Assembly (NCBI GenBank): GCA_012295275.1
Contig: CM022670.1
Location: 19,406,001-19,470,000, forward strand
Length of the DNA: 64,000 nucleotides
Reading direction: 5' to 3'
From: Chrysomallon squamiferum
Taxonomy: Eukaryota; Animalia; Mollusca
Shown piece after piece: positions 12,578 to 53,159 of this stretch. Under the pieces are notes generated by a model. The model was not told the DNA's origin. It worked only from the letters and a program-made list of their open reading frames with translations, and searched no databases. The first letter of the stretch is position 1. Each line of letters begins with the position of its first letter. Made by a program: the position numbers and the translations under genes.

Positions 12578-12615
12578 AATAAACCGGCATAAAAATAAGG
12601 AAACAAACAAATAAA
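12578..12615 (+). promoter_or_regulatory. Candidate polyadenylation signals of gene A
   Basis: AATAAA at 12578-12583 and 12610-12615, about 370-400 nt after the stop codon. Chance matches are common in AT-rich DNA. Confidence 0.3.
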
Positions 12616-12617
12616 TA

Positions 12618-13017
12618 CAGGTACCGAACTATTCGCCTTCCAGGGATCTGGAAAATCCATGAAAACCGGCTGCTTGTAACTAGCTGCTTTTGAATTTGGC
12701 GCGGTTTCCATGATCAAATTCAAGTGAGAGCGTTGCCGTGATCCTCTCACAATAAGTTATTTCTTTGTTTATTCTCATTTTCATTTATTATCATGTCTAA
12801 AAGACTAACAGAAATTCAGGTTCATAGTGAAAAGCATATTCTATAAAGGTATTTAAGAATTTCAAGTGAATTAATAGGATCAGTCAGAGTATACGTCTGC
12901 ATCTATTAAATAAAGTTCCATTCTTTATATTTCATTGTATTTTTATATTTCAATTAATGATGTAGCCTATATCCAGAAATTTGGACCATCTCTGGTCCCG
13001 AAATGGTTCGGTACCTA
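12618..13017. mobile_element. 400-bp MITE-like element with TA target-site duplication (Tc1/mariner/pogo type)
   Basis: Left end TA|CAGGTACCGAACTATT-CG, right end reverse complement TA|TAGGTACCGAACCATTTCG. Similarity continues to CCAGRGAT. The interior is non-coding. Confidence 0.6.
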
Positions 13018-15599
13018 TAGAAATATATATATAGTGTAATTACAGATGAATAGTTATTATTTTATTATTTCCCATGTAGTAAAATAAATTCTGGAACATA
13101 TTAATTATGATGTTTTCTTATCATCATATCAGTTATATACTTTGTGATGAGACATAACTAATAACAAAACTTAAAACAACGGCTTATTAACATTATTTTG
13201 TTTCAAAGAAACTCAGGTCAAAATCATAAAAAAATAATTTTTGGATTGTTTTCTCTTGCTTCAATTTTATTTTCATTTAATTTCTTTAACAAATGATACC
13301 GTTCGTGCAATATGGCTTCTCATGGTGTGTTGAATTAGCACTTATCAACTGTAAACCAGGAAAGACTGGAAGTAGGATCCTAATTCATAAAACTGTACCG
13401 AACTTAATTTGTTACTAATCCACTCTCTAAGTGTGTTACTAAGCTATTTATAGCAATGAAGATGCAATTAAGACCAGAAATACCTTGAAATCAAAAGTAG
13501 ATTGTTATTTAATTTGTTTAATAATACGATTCTTACTATCATACAGTAAGAATAAGAATTTTAGAAACCCAGTTTATTATTATTGTTGTTGTTGTTGTTC
13601 ATGTTACAGCAGCTATCATTATCATCAATGACAGACAGAATCACTGACTAAAAAAAACCCCATACAATGATACAATTCTGACACTTACATGACAAAACAG
13701 CATTTATATTCTACAATGTTACTCATGTCGACCAGTGACTTAATATACTTCATGACGTAAGAATGACACCTTGGTCATATAGATATTGCACCTCTCAACG
13801 AAATACATTATACATATATTTGTATGTGACCCAGGCATAATTCTTTGACGCAGTTGTGAAATAATTACAACTGAAAGACATAACTATAAATATAAAAGAG
13901 TTGTAACAGTAACGTAATATTAACGTAAATCACAAAATAATAAAAACCTAAATTACTTTTGATATTTCAGAAATTAATGACTACATTATTTACAATTTAC
14001 AATTCGCGACATTTTATGTTGTTAGGAAATGATTTTTACAAAAAAAAAAAAGAAAAAAAAAGAAACAAAACTAATTGCAAAGCAAGAAACAAACAAAACA
14101 ACAATAACAATGCAGAATCCATAACTAGTAAAAAAACTGTTATATTCTAATTAATATGAAATATATTCAGAAATATTCAGTACAAATTATGTATATTCAG
14201 TGCATTTTATTTATATTCAATACCATTTATCAATATTCTAACGAGTTCAAATATTTCATCTTTTATTTTATTTTAGATTTCATTTTTTTTTTTTAATTCA
14301 GCACAAGCCAAACACAGAACTCGGTCGTGGGAGTTTGTTGTTTTATTGCATTAGACCGTGAGAATAAACGTGAAGTACACCGTAGTTTGAAAAATACGGA
14401 CGTTATTAAACTTTTGGTTTACATAAGATTGAACATATATTGTATGAATGTTATTAATACTATTATTTTTTTAATGCCGTGTTTATATCACTTTTAAAAA
14501 ACACAATTAATCACGTGATTCCATATTGCTTTCTGATTGGTCGTTATCCAAATCTTTACTAATAGCTGCATATCAAAAATGGCTAAAGGCAAGATTTTTG
14601 TACACTCGGGAAATTTGATTCTGACTGACGAACATTGTCCCTGACTTTAGTTTTTAAATTTTTTTTTTTAAACAAAAGTAAACTCATTTCGACTTGTTTG
14701 CTGAAAACAAATTGATAGTATTGAAAGGTCACTAAATTACGCAATCTTTTATATACACATCATAATGTAAATTCACTGAATTACATAATCATTTACACAA
14801 CTTTATAATGTAAATTCATTTAATTACGTAATCATTAACGTTTCTTTTATCATTAATATTTACAATCACCTTCTAAATATTACAATATTTAATTGGATAA
14901 AAATGTATGTTCATTATGTTTAGTATGCACTAGTGTTACTTAGATGTATATAACATGTTTTTACATAATGTATTATTTACAAGTTAGAATATTATATACT
15001 CTGTATTTAACTGCACATAATATTATATCATGGTGCAGTTTTCAATAACTAGATAAATTATATTTTAACTGATGGTGTAATGTTACGACGATAGTAAAAC
15101 TGTAGACAGAATCATACTATGTCTTGTGTATTTTCTGGAATGAAGGTGAATAACTTTGAGAGTACACAATCATACCCACAGCTATTAAAAGCCAAAACAA
15201 ACCCAATCCACTACAACGCCCCCCACACATACAGCACTTACATAAACAAACAACTTACCCCCACAAAAACCCAACTGAATACATACATACATACAAACTA
15301 CAAGTGTACACACGAACACACATACATACATTTAAAAATAATCACTAACCCTCTTTCTTTCAGTTTATTTTTACATACACTATCGTAGATACGTACGTCC
15401 TGGGACACAAACACAGCCATGTACATATAGATCAGTAGCCAGATAGATAATTAGAAGTAATTAGAAATAAATAACATTGTGGGGTCCTTTTATTTTCTCT
15501 AAAATGTTTTGATAAAATCAGGAATCATGTTACAGTGGCTGATTTATGTTGACTGGAGTATTTCAGACACAGAGATTTATTACCGATGCCATAATTATC

Positions 15600-15740
15600 C
15601 ATTCTTATTCTTCTTCTTTCCTAAAGCCATGCTCGGATTTCCAGTGCTGTTCTCATCGGGAAATCCGCTGACCATCGAGTGGACATCGTTGGTCTTCAAA
15701 CTTTTTCTTTTAGATCCACTGGGTACGGCTACATTTTTTA
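15600..15740 (-). mobile_element. Possible 3' end of a 5'-truncated non-LTR retroelement (LINE/SINE)
   Basis: A GC-richer island with a perfect 9-bp stem (CGGATTTCC/GGAAATCCG, 15634-15667), followed on the - strand by a (GAA)n-like tail. Confidence 0.3.
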
Positions 15741-16789
15741 CATACTGATGTTATATGATTGACAAAGCAATGAAGAATGTACTGGATACATATCTTATTA
15801 TAATCTGATATCGACTTATCTAAGTTATTCTCATTTATATAGCTTAATAAATAAACATGGTTTATAAAGGTTTTATTATAAAGACGGTTTATAAAGTTTT
15901 TATTATAAATATTAGTGTTAACGTTAAAAGTCAAGTAAAAATAAACAATACTTGATTTTTGATAAGCCCTGCTAGTAATCTTCTTGTCGATTAGCTAGTT
16001 TGGCACTCTACACTTTCATTTACGACTTGCTTTGTTTAATTGAATGTATGTATTATCACTTTAAAATACTCCTGGCATGCTTACAAATCGCTTATAGGCG
16101 TGTTCTTGCAATAGATTATTTCGATAATTTCTGGCGACCAGTATTTATTAAAAACAGGACTGTCGTTACAATGCAAACGTAAAAATAAAGACACAGGTGA
16201 CAGACTCAGGACTCGAATTATTGCACAGTTTTATTTTATCAGATTTTTGTTTTGACTGTTATATACGAACTGACGTCATGAAAGAAATGATATCATTTTC
16301 CATTCGTCGTTAGTTTGCCGTCATTCTACTTCATTAGCAAAGACTGGTTGCTAGTAACAAACGAAACAATCGCTTACAAGAATACCAGATATATTTCGTA
16401 ATTTATTCTTACTATTAATTTTTTTAATACAAATAAAAATATTTCAAATAAACATTTACTTCAAAAGTTGCTTAATCTTTCTGTTAGTGAGAAACAACTT
16501 TAATTTATTTTTTTCTGATTTCTCGAACAAGTTTACTATAGAATTCTACATGCTATCTTCTTACGTAAATTACTATACGTGTTCGGCATTTTTGACATGG
16601 ATGTTTTAAAAAGCTTCTGTGTTATAGACACATCTATGTGCGGTTTTAACAATGTAATATGACAACTGTTATGATAGTATACCATGGTTCAGGCCAGTGA
16701 GTGCAGATAACTAGGAATCAAAATCTGACATTTGCTACATACACAAAAAATCTACACACTATCTGACGAACAGTTATTAATAATCAATA

Positions 16790-16812
16790 AATAAATAATA
16801 ATAAACAAATAA

Positions 16813-16862
<50 letters not shown>

Positions 16863-16886
16863 TAAATAATAATAATAATAATAATA

Positions 16887-16930
<44 letters not shown>
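16790..16930. repeat. (AAT)n microsatellite
   Basis: Direct reading. Confidence 0.9.
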
Positions 16931-18969
16931 GAATAAATAAATCAATCAAATAATCAAAAATCAAAATCAAAATATCCCACAAAACAAAAACCAAGTAATG
17001 TTTTCCTTCAGGAACTGAAAGTCATGGACTTGATTATTCTCCAGAGTATCTGAGATTCGAAATTCGTTTCTCTATGAATATACATACATTCATAAACACG
17101 TGCACACATACATACATACATACATACATATATACACAGATACGTATATCGCAATTACGAACATAAATGCATACATACATACATACAAACATACATATAT
17201 ACATATACACTTTCGGAAAGAAAACACACATACACACACATAAATTATGTACGTTATGTATGCATATATTTTTTAATGTTACACCGTCGTTTATACCTGC
17301 ACTTATGTTTGTACATTACATAAATATTAAACTTTGTTTTCATCATTTCTGTTATTGGACCTTCAGCATGAAGCATATGGCCATATAAAACACTAATGGA
17401 CGGCAATAATAATATGAATAGTAAAGGGAAAAGGGTCTTAGAAATATAAAGATGGTAAACATGAAAGGAAATGTACATGCCTCCGTATCTATCTTTGTAC
17501 AAAAAATTATAACAAGCAGACAGGAAGTCCCCATGTTTATCATAAACGTAGGAACAAAATACTAAATTTTATAAGCGAATATAATTTTAGGTCATCATAC
17601 CCGAAAATCATAAATTTGTTATTATTTACATAGTTATATCTCTAAATATGCAATAAAATATCTTATTCGGACACAGCTCGTTAAAAACAATAATAAAATA
17701 TTCTGAACATAATTATATGGCTTGACAAAGACACATTAAATGATTTTGTTTTTGATGTGCGTTTTCCTATTATATAACTGATCCACTTATGCTATTTAAT
17801 AAATGTACCTCTTAATTACATATTATTATTATTTTTTTTTAATAAAATATCAAGACCCCTAGATATATAATGAAGGAATATTAAACATATTCAAGGATTA
17901 ATATCTCCTTACTAGGTTAAAAGTTTAATAAAATATTCGTTAACATTTAGAGCATTCTGAATGATACAATGCTCAAAGATTTCCATAACAGAATTTCTTT
18001 TATAATTATATAACAGCTGCAGCAGTTCTAGATAAATTCCTAATCGCATTGTTAATGAATTTCGGGGCCTTCTCTCATAGCATTCACGTTTGATATGCTG
18101 TAAATCAGTATAATTTCATAACATTATCTAACACTAAGGTCTCTTAAAATTAAATCTGTCAAATGAAATGAAATAAATAAGCAAAAATAATGAAATAAAA
18201 CTAGAATCCATGCCATAAATAAATTTAAAAAATTAAAAAATGAATGCAATTTCAACTTTTGTTTCTGCTGGATTCATAAAATGTACATAAAATAACATCT
18301 GTCAACAAAATATGTTTTAACTGTTTTTGGAATAAAAGATAAATAAAAATATTTTATACGTTTCGTAGGTTGTTATTCGATTTATTTTGTGAGGTGTAAC
18401 CGTTGCTGGTATTTTGGTGTCATATGTCTACTTGCAGATTGTTAATTTTTCACGTCAGTAGTTTATGCCTTTACAACTTTATGGCGCACTTAAATTACTT
18501 TTAGAATTTGTGTTTAATTCATAAAACCCCAGTCTAAAGTTGTTTCAATGTAATATTTAATATGGGAAAAGTCAAAGAGAGCAAACCAACAATAAATTAT
18601 CGTATATTTGTGCGTTATCCGTGCACGTGCACTTATTGATATTACTTTCAATTCTGTCCTTGCATTTATGTAATTCTATGACTTTCCGGTACTATGAAAA
18701 ATATATTTTAATACGGTGTTATGAATATTTTTCAGTGAAGGTGTTTAGGTCTCTTTCATGAATTATATCTGTTTGAAATCAATATTAGCATATATGGCGT
18801 TAAATGGGATAGTCTGACGAGGACTTGAGACTGCATTCTCTTTAGTACAGCTTCATTTCATGCTAATGTAAGTTAACTTTCAAATCTCTTCACATCTCTT
18901 CATGCGTGAATAATTTATACTATTCAGTGGTCCGATCAATTATAAAGACAGTCAGAGAAAGAGTCTGTA

Positions 18970-19385
18970 TTTGCGTGTGTGTATGTATGTCTCTCTGCCT
19001 GTCTTTATATATATGTAAGTGTGTGTGCATGTATGTATATATGTATGCATGCATGTGTATGTATGTATGCATATCTGTATCTGTGTATTTATATATGTAT
19101 CATATATGTATTTTAGAATTTGAATATTCTCTATATGCATACATGTATGTATGTATCAATGTTCATGCGTGTATTTATGCATGTGTGTTTATATATGTAG
19201 TATGTTAATTTGTATGTATGTTTGTATATATGTATGTACGTGCGTATGTATGTATGTATGTTTGTATGTATGTATGTGTTTATGTATGTATATCTATGTG
19301 TATGTATGTACGTATGTATGTACTTATGTATATATGTACGTCTTTATGTATGTACGTGTGTATGTATGTATGTCTGTGTATGCAT
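18970..19385. repeat. Degenerate (TATG)n/(TG)n microsatellite tract
   Basis: Direct reading. Source of several spurious ORFs. Confidence 0.9.
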
Positions 19386-20083
19386 AAAACAATAATCAAC
19401 ACAATATGTCGCACAGAACATTTATTACGTACAAGTTTACAATACTACATTTCATACAACCGTTTGCTGTAATTAACGGATTTCTGTTATTATTCTATGT
19501 TATATACATTGACATATGTACATGTGTATTAACAATACAATAATTTACTATCGCTAATTCTAAATTACATATGTAGTTGGTACAAGAGAAAGATTATGAA
19601 ATAGACGAATTTAAACTAATTATTTTTTAAAATGTTAATAAGAAAAATTACTCGCACACTGATGTTATGGAGTGATGTCAGAAACAATAACTTATAAAGA
19701 TAAAAATCCTAATCATGCATCAATATTTTAATTACTATTCGTACTCGCCAGTAATGTAGGTAATTCGACTGTTATAATGCAACAATGTCAGGTCACGCCG
19801 AAAGTAATATTCGTACACACACAACAAACATAATGATCGCGTACATACAAACATCCAAACACACGTTATAACGATCTAACTAAAATACGTATTTGTGCAT
19901 GTTCTATAGAATCTGCTTAATCTAAGTGTCCAGAAGAAAACAGTTAAAATCAGACAACTGATCACATTAATTTGAAAATTAGATTGATTAAGTCGAGAGA
20001 AAGAAAGAAAAGAAGAAATGAGAGAAAGAAAAAGAAAAAGATACAAAGGTGGATAGATAAATAGACAGAGAGAAAGTGAGGGC

Positions 20084-20087
<4 letters not shown>

Positions 20088-20176
<89 letters not shown>
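20088..20176. repeat. (AG)n microsatellite
   Basis: Direct reading. Confidence 0.95.
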
Positions 20177-20180
<4 letters not shown>

Positions 20181-20567
20181 AACGAACTTACTTCTATGTC
20201 ATTTTGTAATTATTACCTATCTTGAAATACACGCATTTTGTGATTTTCAAACACTGGGTTTAATTTTTAAAAGTAACTCTACCTCAAGAATAAAACTTTA
20301 TAAATTTCTGAAATATTTCGTCATTTATTCAGTTTTAAATTAATGCTTTGAATGCGTTTTTCTGCACAAAATGTGGAAAGATAAAACAAATAGTCATCAG
20401 ACAAACAGCCAGTCAAATTTCCTGTTTAGTTATCTGTGCGCGATAAGAAATTATTTACTGTCAGAAACTTCTTTGTTGTGATAGTTAACAGTTTACTAAT
20501 CCTGTAATTTTTCTTTTTTATGCTTTCAAAAACCATGTTAACCGCTAAAAGGTTATTTAATCTCACC

Positions 20568-20598
<31 letters not shown>

Positions 20599-21403
20599 CG
20601 CTAACGGATACGAAAGTTTTGTTTGCCTTATTAAGCTAATAGGTTCTCTGAATTTTATGGACTATAAAACAATTTTGTCATTAAAATCTTATTAATTAGT
20701 TGGTTTTTTTGTCGTATACATGTCATAAATTCGTATCAAAGAACATTTATACTGATAAAAAACATACTGATTCTGCAGTAGATATTTCTGAACAGTTCTT
20801 TGATGGAAATATAATAAGAATTACCCAAACTTTATATTTTTGATATCTCCCTGATATTCTTTAACCTGATTTTCTTTGTTTTACTGATTTACTGAAGACT
20901 GCTGTAAAAAATTAATTTTTGACGGCGTTTATATACATCACAAAGAAATAATGAGGTATTCTACGAGTACAAGAAACACCTTCCTCATTCTACACATACA
21001 ATCTACTGTCTACGCTTTAATCCATAGGATGTTCTAATGTACTCTTATTAAACAAAGAACCCGCGCAAATGATGTTCACGGGTGAATTTTTATCTTATTA
21101 CTTGCCTATTCCAAATAATAGGATGATAGTCGGTTCTTATAATTCGGAACAAATGATTTCTTTTTCAGAAATTCAAAACGTTCTCACAACAGGTTTGGTA
21201 ACACTAAAGTATTTCTAATTTTAATTCTTTTAATTATGAGATTTGGGGTATTATCCGTTTGAAAGTCTAAAGTCGGTTCATTTGTAACACCGTAAGGAAC
21301 TACTTTCGTTGATCTTTCCAAACTTGGATTTTCCTCTTACTAAATTTGAACTTGACTCTATCCACGACTCTACCATTCTCTATTCAATTACTGATATTAA
21401 AAA

Positions 21404-46965
<25,562 letters not shown>

Positions 46966-47160
46966 TTTTTTTTTCACTGCTTCCTTTGTCGTTTGATCTG
47001 TCGTCTGCTACTTTCAGAAGTAAGAGAGCGATCCGCTCGCATGAACGAGAAACAGTCTATCAACTTCCACGCTTCCGATAATTGTATTGGGCATGCGTTA
47101 GACTTTGATTTGCGGGCAGTGTAGCAGTTACAAGACGAAACGAAACCATTGGAAGAAGCT
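46966..47160 (-). promoter_or_regulatory. Putative 5' UTR and core promoter of gene B
   Basis: Locally GC/CpG-enriched. Contains CCAAT (- strand, 47086-47090) and an ETS-like CGGAAG (47072-47077), directly upstream of the predicted ATG. Confidence 0.4.
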
Positions 47161-48533
47161 GTAACAACAACACAAGCGATTATTTACTTATTCAGAATTT
47201 TTCCATCGCAATAAATAAACATTCTTTGCGTATTTTCTTACAGTGTGCGCAGATCACTGTCATAGCTTTTCTTGACAGCTTATTTCATAGAGTTGAAAAA
47301 CAATAATATGTACACAGATGTGAATCAAACTTTTAACCCTTGATCACCACTCTTTATCACATATGTAAGCATGCTCTAACGGGTGAAACAACAACGGTGT
47401 CAGACTGCTTCTGCTAAAATAATATGAGAGTACGAACCTCCCACAAAGAACGTTCAAAGTGGATGGAGCTGGAAATATAAATGCCGACTAGTTTATTCTG
47501 TGAATGTCACTAGTGCAAAAGTTCACTTTATACAAATTACGTCATGTATATTCATGAGGAGGCTGGACATCTGATATACATCTCTGATGTTATTCTGCTT
47601 GATAAGTGCGCAAATTTGTATAAATAATACTGAAAATTAGCTATCTTCTTGAAAAGTATTTAAGATGAACGAAACAAAACACTCATTAATATATACACAT
47701 ATGCGGCAGTATATTTTTAATAGGAACATATCATAAGTGTTAACAATAACGACAGATACAACATATTTTTACATAAATGACATACACTTAAAATTATTTA
47801 TTTCTAGTGGCTCCACTCTATATTAACCATAACGACATTTGTGGACCTTCTTTCAAATAATTTGCGTCATTGTTTTGTGTTTTCAGTTATACCCAATTCT
47901 TATTTGGTAATAATAATAATAATATTAAAATAACTAACAGAGAGTCTTTTTAATTAATACAATTTTCAGTATATAATTCCTGAAAATAGTGAGCAAAAGA
48001 CTAATTAAAAAAAACGATTGACGAGGAAAAACGAAATGAAGAAATATTTAATTTAACTACGATTTCAAAACATTTTAAACATTTGGAATCATAATATATA
48101 TTTAAAGACTATAATCTTTACGTGAAAAGAAATTTTCAGCTGCCTCTCGAACAGTGACAATTTTTTGATATTTTGTATACACTTTCCAGTTGACAGGAAT
48201 CTCGTACTGTGGTCTTTGTAAAACCTATCATGAATACTGGAAATGGATTAATGGGCCAATTAAAAAGGACTCACCGAAGAATCCTAATGGGCTCAGACTT
48301 GTGTAACATTTCTCCCAGGATTTACGAAAGCAGTTACATGGATGTACTGAAATATAAAGAGATTGGACACAAAGTTTGTTAGGCCCCTGCGAGATTGAGA
48401 TAGATAGAAATCGGGAAAGGGAGAGAGTAGAAAAGAGAGAGATATAAAGATAGAATGAAAGATAGAGGCACAACACGGAGAAAAAGAGAGACAGAAAGAG
48501 AAAATAAGGAGAAAAAAGAAGAAATAGAGACAC

Positions 48534-48574
<41 letters not shown>

Positions 48575-48959
48575 GAGAAAAAAGAGACAAAGAGACAATG
48601 AGAATGTAGTATTATTTTGAATCTTAATTATAATATTAACCGATAAAATAATCCGTTGGTAATCAACAACTAATTTTATTTTTAACTTCCAAACAAAACA
48701 ATTATCTTTAATCGAACTATTTTAAGATAATCCCGTTCAGATGTAACGCATTAATAAGAATCTGTTTATTCCGAGATTAACTGCAGGAATCATCAAATAC
48801 ACCACGAAATCCCAAACACAAACAGCGACGGTCGTACCTAAAGGAATGTTAATATGCTGCGATTTATTTAACCTGTTGAAAGTGAATTCAGTTTAGAAAT
48901 AAAGTGTTGAATGGAGTATGAAGAAATAATAAAAAGAGAAAAATAAGAGAGAAAGAAAA

Positions 48960-48990
48960 AGAGAAAGAGAAAGAGAAAGAGAGAGAGAGG

Positions 48991-49065
<75 letters not shown>

Positions 49066-49200
49066 TGACACAGATACAGAAAAATGTTTTTTATAGAGAG
49101 ATAGAGGTTGAGAGATAGAAAGAGATAGAAAGATAGAGAAAGACAGAGAGAGATAGAGAAAGATAGAGAAAAAGAGAGAGGGAGAGGGAGGAAAAGAAAG
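48960..49200. repeat. (AG)n and purine-rich tract
   Basis: Direct reading. Confidence 0.9.
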
Positions 49201-51175
49201 GGGAAGAAAGAACTAGCGAAAGATAAAAATTCAAGACACAGACATAAATAATCAAAGAAAGAAAATCAGAGAGACAGATTCATGCAGGTTCAGAATCCTT
49301 TATCAGAAATGAAATGGACCAAAAGCTTTTCGGATTTCAGAATTGTTAGGTTTTAGGAATCTGACAAGGATCTCAGTCTACTGCACTTTTATTTCATATT
49401 CAGCTTTTGTTGATAGTCTGCAGCATGTCTTAATAATCTTGTGAATAAAATAAAGTTTGTATATGCAAAACAATCCGAAAACTGTAGGATATTACGATTT
49501 CTGCTGTTTGGAAAAGGTTTCAGGGCTTAAAACTATGTAATGATAGAGAAAAAGAAACAAAGAGAAATACTTTATATTCATTGTTCAGCTGAATATATTT
49601 TATGTGTTACTGTATCATTTGTATCTAATTGGTAAGACTAGCTCAAAATAATGCGATGGTGATAAAATAACAGAACTGATCATCTTAGTTGTCGTAAAAC
49701 ATTATTTTTAATTTGTTCATACAAAAATATATAATTAATGTAAGAAATATATATTCTAATTTTAACTGATTTCTCAAATAAAAAAAAAAAAATAAAAACA
49801 AATAAAAAAAGAATAAAATAAATATAAAATAAAATAAAAAACAAACATAAAAATAATAATAATTAAAAAAGAAGAAGTGTCAGGCTCATTATAATAATGT
49901 AACTTGAGTTGTATCTTGAATAAGGAAAATATCTTCTTTAAATATTATTTTTGAATTTCTAATTATAGGAAACGTAAAATTTCTTATTTAAATAATGTAA
50001 TATCAGAATTTCAATTTCTTTTCTTACGCAAAACTCAAAATTCTTACGTTAAGGCCGCATCATTCCATACAACCATTATAAGTACTGGTATATTCAGATT
50101 TAATTTCGTAACATCTTATGCACTTTAAAGCTGAAGCATATCTACAGTGGTACATTCTCCTCTGTTATTGTCATTATTTCGGCATATTGCGGATTTGTTC
50201 TGAATGCTTCAATAAAACAATTGTAGGATCAAATGATAGGAATTTCAATGATTTGCTTAAAAGAAAATATAAAAGTTGTTCTTATGTTATTAATTTTTGA
50301 CACCCATCATCAGTGATGTTTTCAGGTGTCTCTGCAGTGGGCACATTTTCTGACTGTGCCTAACAGTTAAACCAAGCCGGGCGCTGTTTTTGTCAACTGT
50401 CTTGAAGAATAGTTCACTAATCGGTAGCAGATCTGGTTATCACGACAGTTTATTAATCAAGTCGCGGCGTCTCTGAATTACACGATAAATTAATTATATG
50501 CACATCCACTGCACTAAACATGATTAATCTGTCGTAGTTTCCTGTCGACTCATTCTGGCCCATGTCAGATGGGAAACAGACAGTGATAGCCGAGTGTGTC
50601 AAAACAAATTCTATGATTGTTGTGGACATTATTTTCTTACACCACTTTATTAGAGCAATCTGCTTCTTATAAATCTCTCACTCTAGAATCAGATTGAATC
50701 AATATCCGTTGTTCGTTAGAAGCCGACGAATGTTTTATGAAAGTAGTCGTCTAGATAGTATCATATTTTAATGTTTTAAGTGAATGTCTCCAAGTTTAAG
50801 AAAAGAGTATTGAAACCAAAACAAAAATTCAGAAGGGAGAGATCACTATAAATATATAAAATTAAAATAATTTTATCTGTAAATATTATTTTGAATTACT
50901 ATTTTATTGAACTTGTTTTACCTTTTACGAATTAGTGTTCCAAGTGTCTGACGTATATAAGAATAAATGAATCTTATAAAGAACGTCATTAAAATGCACT
51001 ACTTCACCTTTAAAGCTTGCGGTGCACACTCCTCTCTGATCGTAAATAAATAAATAGCCAGATAAAGAAAGAATAACCTAAATAAATAAATTAAAACAGA
51101 CATGACCATACAATCAGTTATCTAAGTAAGTAAGTAAGTAAATAATAAATAAAAATAAATAAATAAGTAAATGAA

Positions 51176-51218
<43 letters not shown>

Positions 51219-53049
51219 ATAGGTAAATAAATATGAAAATAAAATGAACGAACAATCAAAGAAACAAACAAGTAAGTTAGCAAGCAAGCAAGAAAGCAAA
51301 CAAACAGACATATAACTATTTTTTCTTGATGTAACAATTTGTCTGATGTTTATGAAGCTGGAAAGACTCACGACGCTGTATTGGCCACAGTGGAGACAAA
51401 GTGTTAACAACTAAGGAAGCTCAAAAAGACGGACATCATGCACTCAAGGGAAGAATCAGTCACAGAGATGTATTGGGTTGACAATCCGATTTATCAACAC
51501 AGCTTCAGACAGATCAACCGCAGATATTACTTTAAAGTAGAATTCTGGGAGTAATATGATAACAAATTAAAAACATTAAGACATTTGTGAAAGAAATACT
51601 TCAGTCACACTTTTATGAAAAGCTGACTATGGACAGAAATGCTATATATATATATACATTGTTCTTGACAACACCTAAGACCTAATGTATATTTTTTTTT
51701 TTCAAATCCTATGCTGTACTATATTAAACATACGTTGATACATACATACATAATTCATATATACATTCATACATACAAGTCTGTTTGTTGTTGCATAAAT
51801 GTATATATAAGTAAGTATGTAAAGTATATTATAGTTTTGTAAAGAACAGGAAAGGATTTGAAAAAATTTTATATATCAATGCATAGGTGCCTGCCTGCAT
51901 ACATACACACATACATACATACGTGTCAGAAAGGGATTCTATACATATTTATGCAAACATACAAACATACAAACATATTTCCATATTTCCATAAGCCTAT
52001 AGATATATGGGAAACACTAAGGATAATATATTTCACTATATTCGATATATAAGGATACAGGATTAATAAAGCTTAAATGTTTTCTTTTTCTTTTTTAAAG
52101 ATAATTTAAGAAACGATAAACCTAGTGGCAGAAATATTTTACACAAGTGATAATCACGTCTGAATATTAACGTAATATTATTTACTGTTTTTCTTCAACG
52201 TGTTTTTGAAATATATCGATGGTATTTCTTTTTTTTAAAACAAATATTCAAACTCCGCAGTTAATTGTATTTTGAAGGAATCCATTTCTTCAATCAGGAT
52301 ATATTTCTGTAAACTCTTCTGAACAGCGAATTCTTTCAGTCAAAATCGAAGCGCCATTGTGCTTCAAATCTACTCCGAATGGTCCTATTTGCGTATAGTT
52401 CTTTAAACCGATAGCTCTTGAGCCGTATTCTCGGACGAGAGCAAGGCGCGTTTGTATGGTTATACGTTTAAGAACATTGAACTGGAGATATTTATGTCAA
52501 GCCCATTCTCGAGTGTCGGCAGTTCCTGTCCGACTAACAAAAGAGTTTTGTTTCAATCCTGATTTTCAGTACAGCCATCTTGACTTTAAGACATACTAAT
52601 AGGTTATTTTTAAACATAGTTTTTCTATACCGTCTTGTTTGTGGAATTATTATACTTACACATGGAGTGAACCAAACATGTTGAGATATATATTTATTTA
52701 TAACAGAAGATTAGAACTGAAAAGAGACCATCGCACAAGAAAAACAAGAACCTTAAGACAATAAAATTTTAATATTTTAAATTCATAGACTGATAGCTTA
52801 TGTGAAATCGTTAAAAAATAGAAGTTTATGGTTATATCAACAATGCTTAAATTTAGCTCATTCAAAATTACAGTCATTATATACATTTTATGTGATTTTT
52901 CTAGATTTTTTCTTTATGTTTTTCAAATATCTTACATCATTTAAAACTAATTCTTTCTCAGTATCTGTCATTCGTTTTCTGTGTCTCTTTACAACTATTT
53001 CATTCTTTATAAATACACCCCCACACACAGACATAATCACATACACATA

Positions 53050-53159
<110 letters not shown>

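Noticed and set aside
14762-14840. Short local tandem duplications (about 43 bp here and about 27 bp near 15858-15910)
   Set aside because: Two-copy AT-rich slippage products with no sign of function.
18906-19472. MYVC, SLSL, ERER and poly-I/Y/F ORFs here and throughout the window
   Set aside because: They are translations of microsatellites and homopolymer runs.
52200-52560. GC-richer block with a partly open - strand frame
   Set aside because: Interrupted by stops and no recognisable motif.
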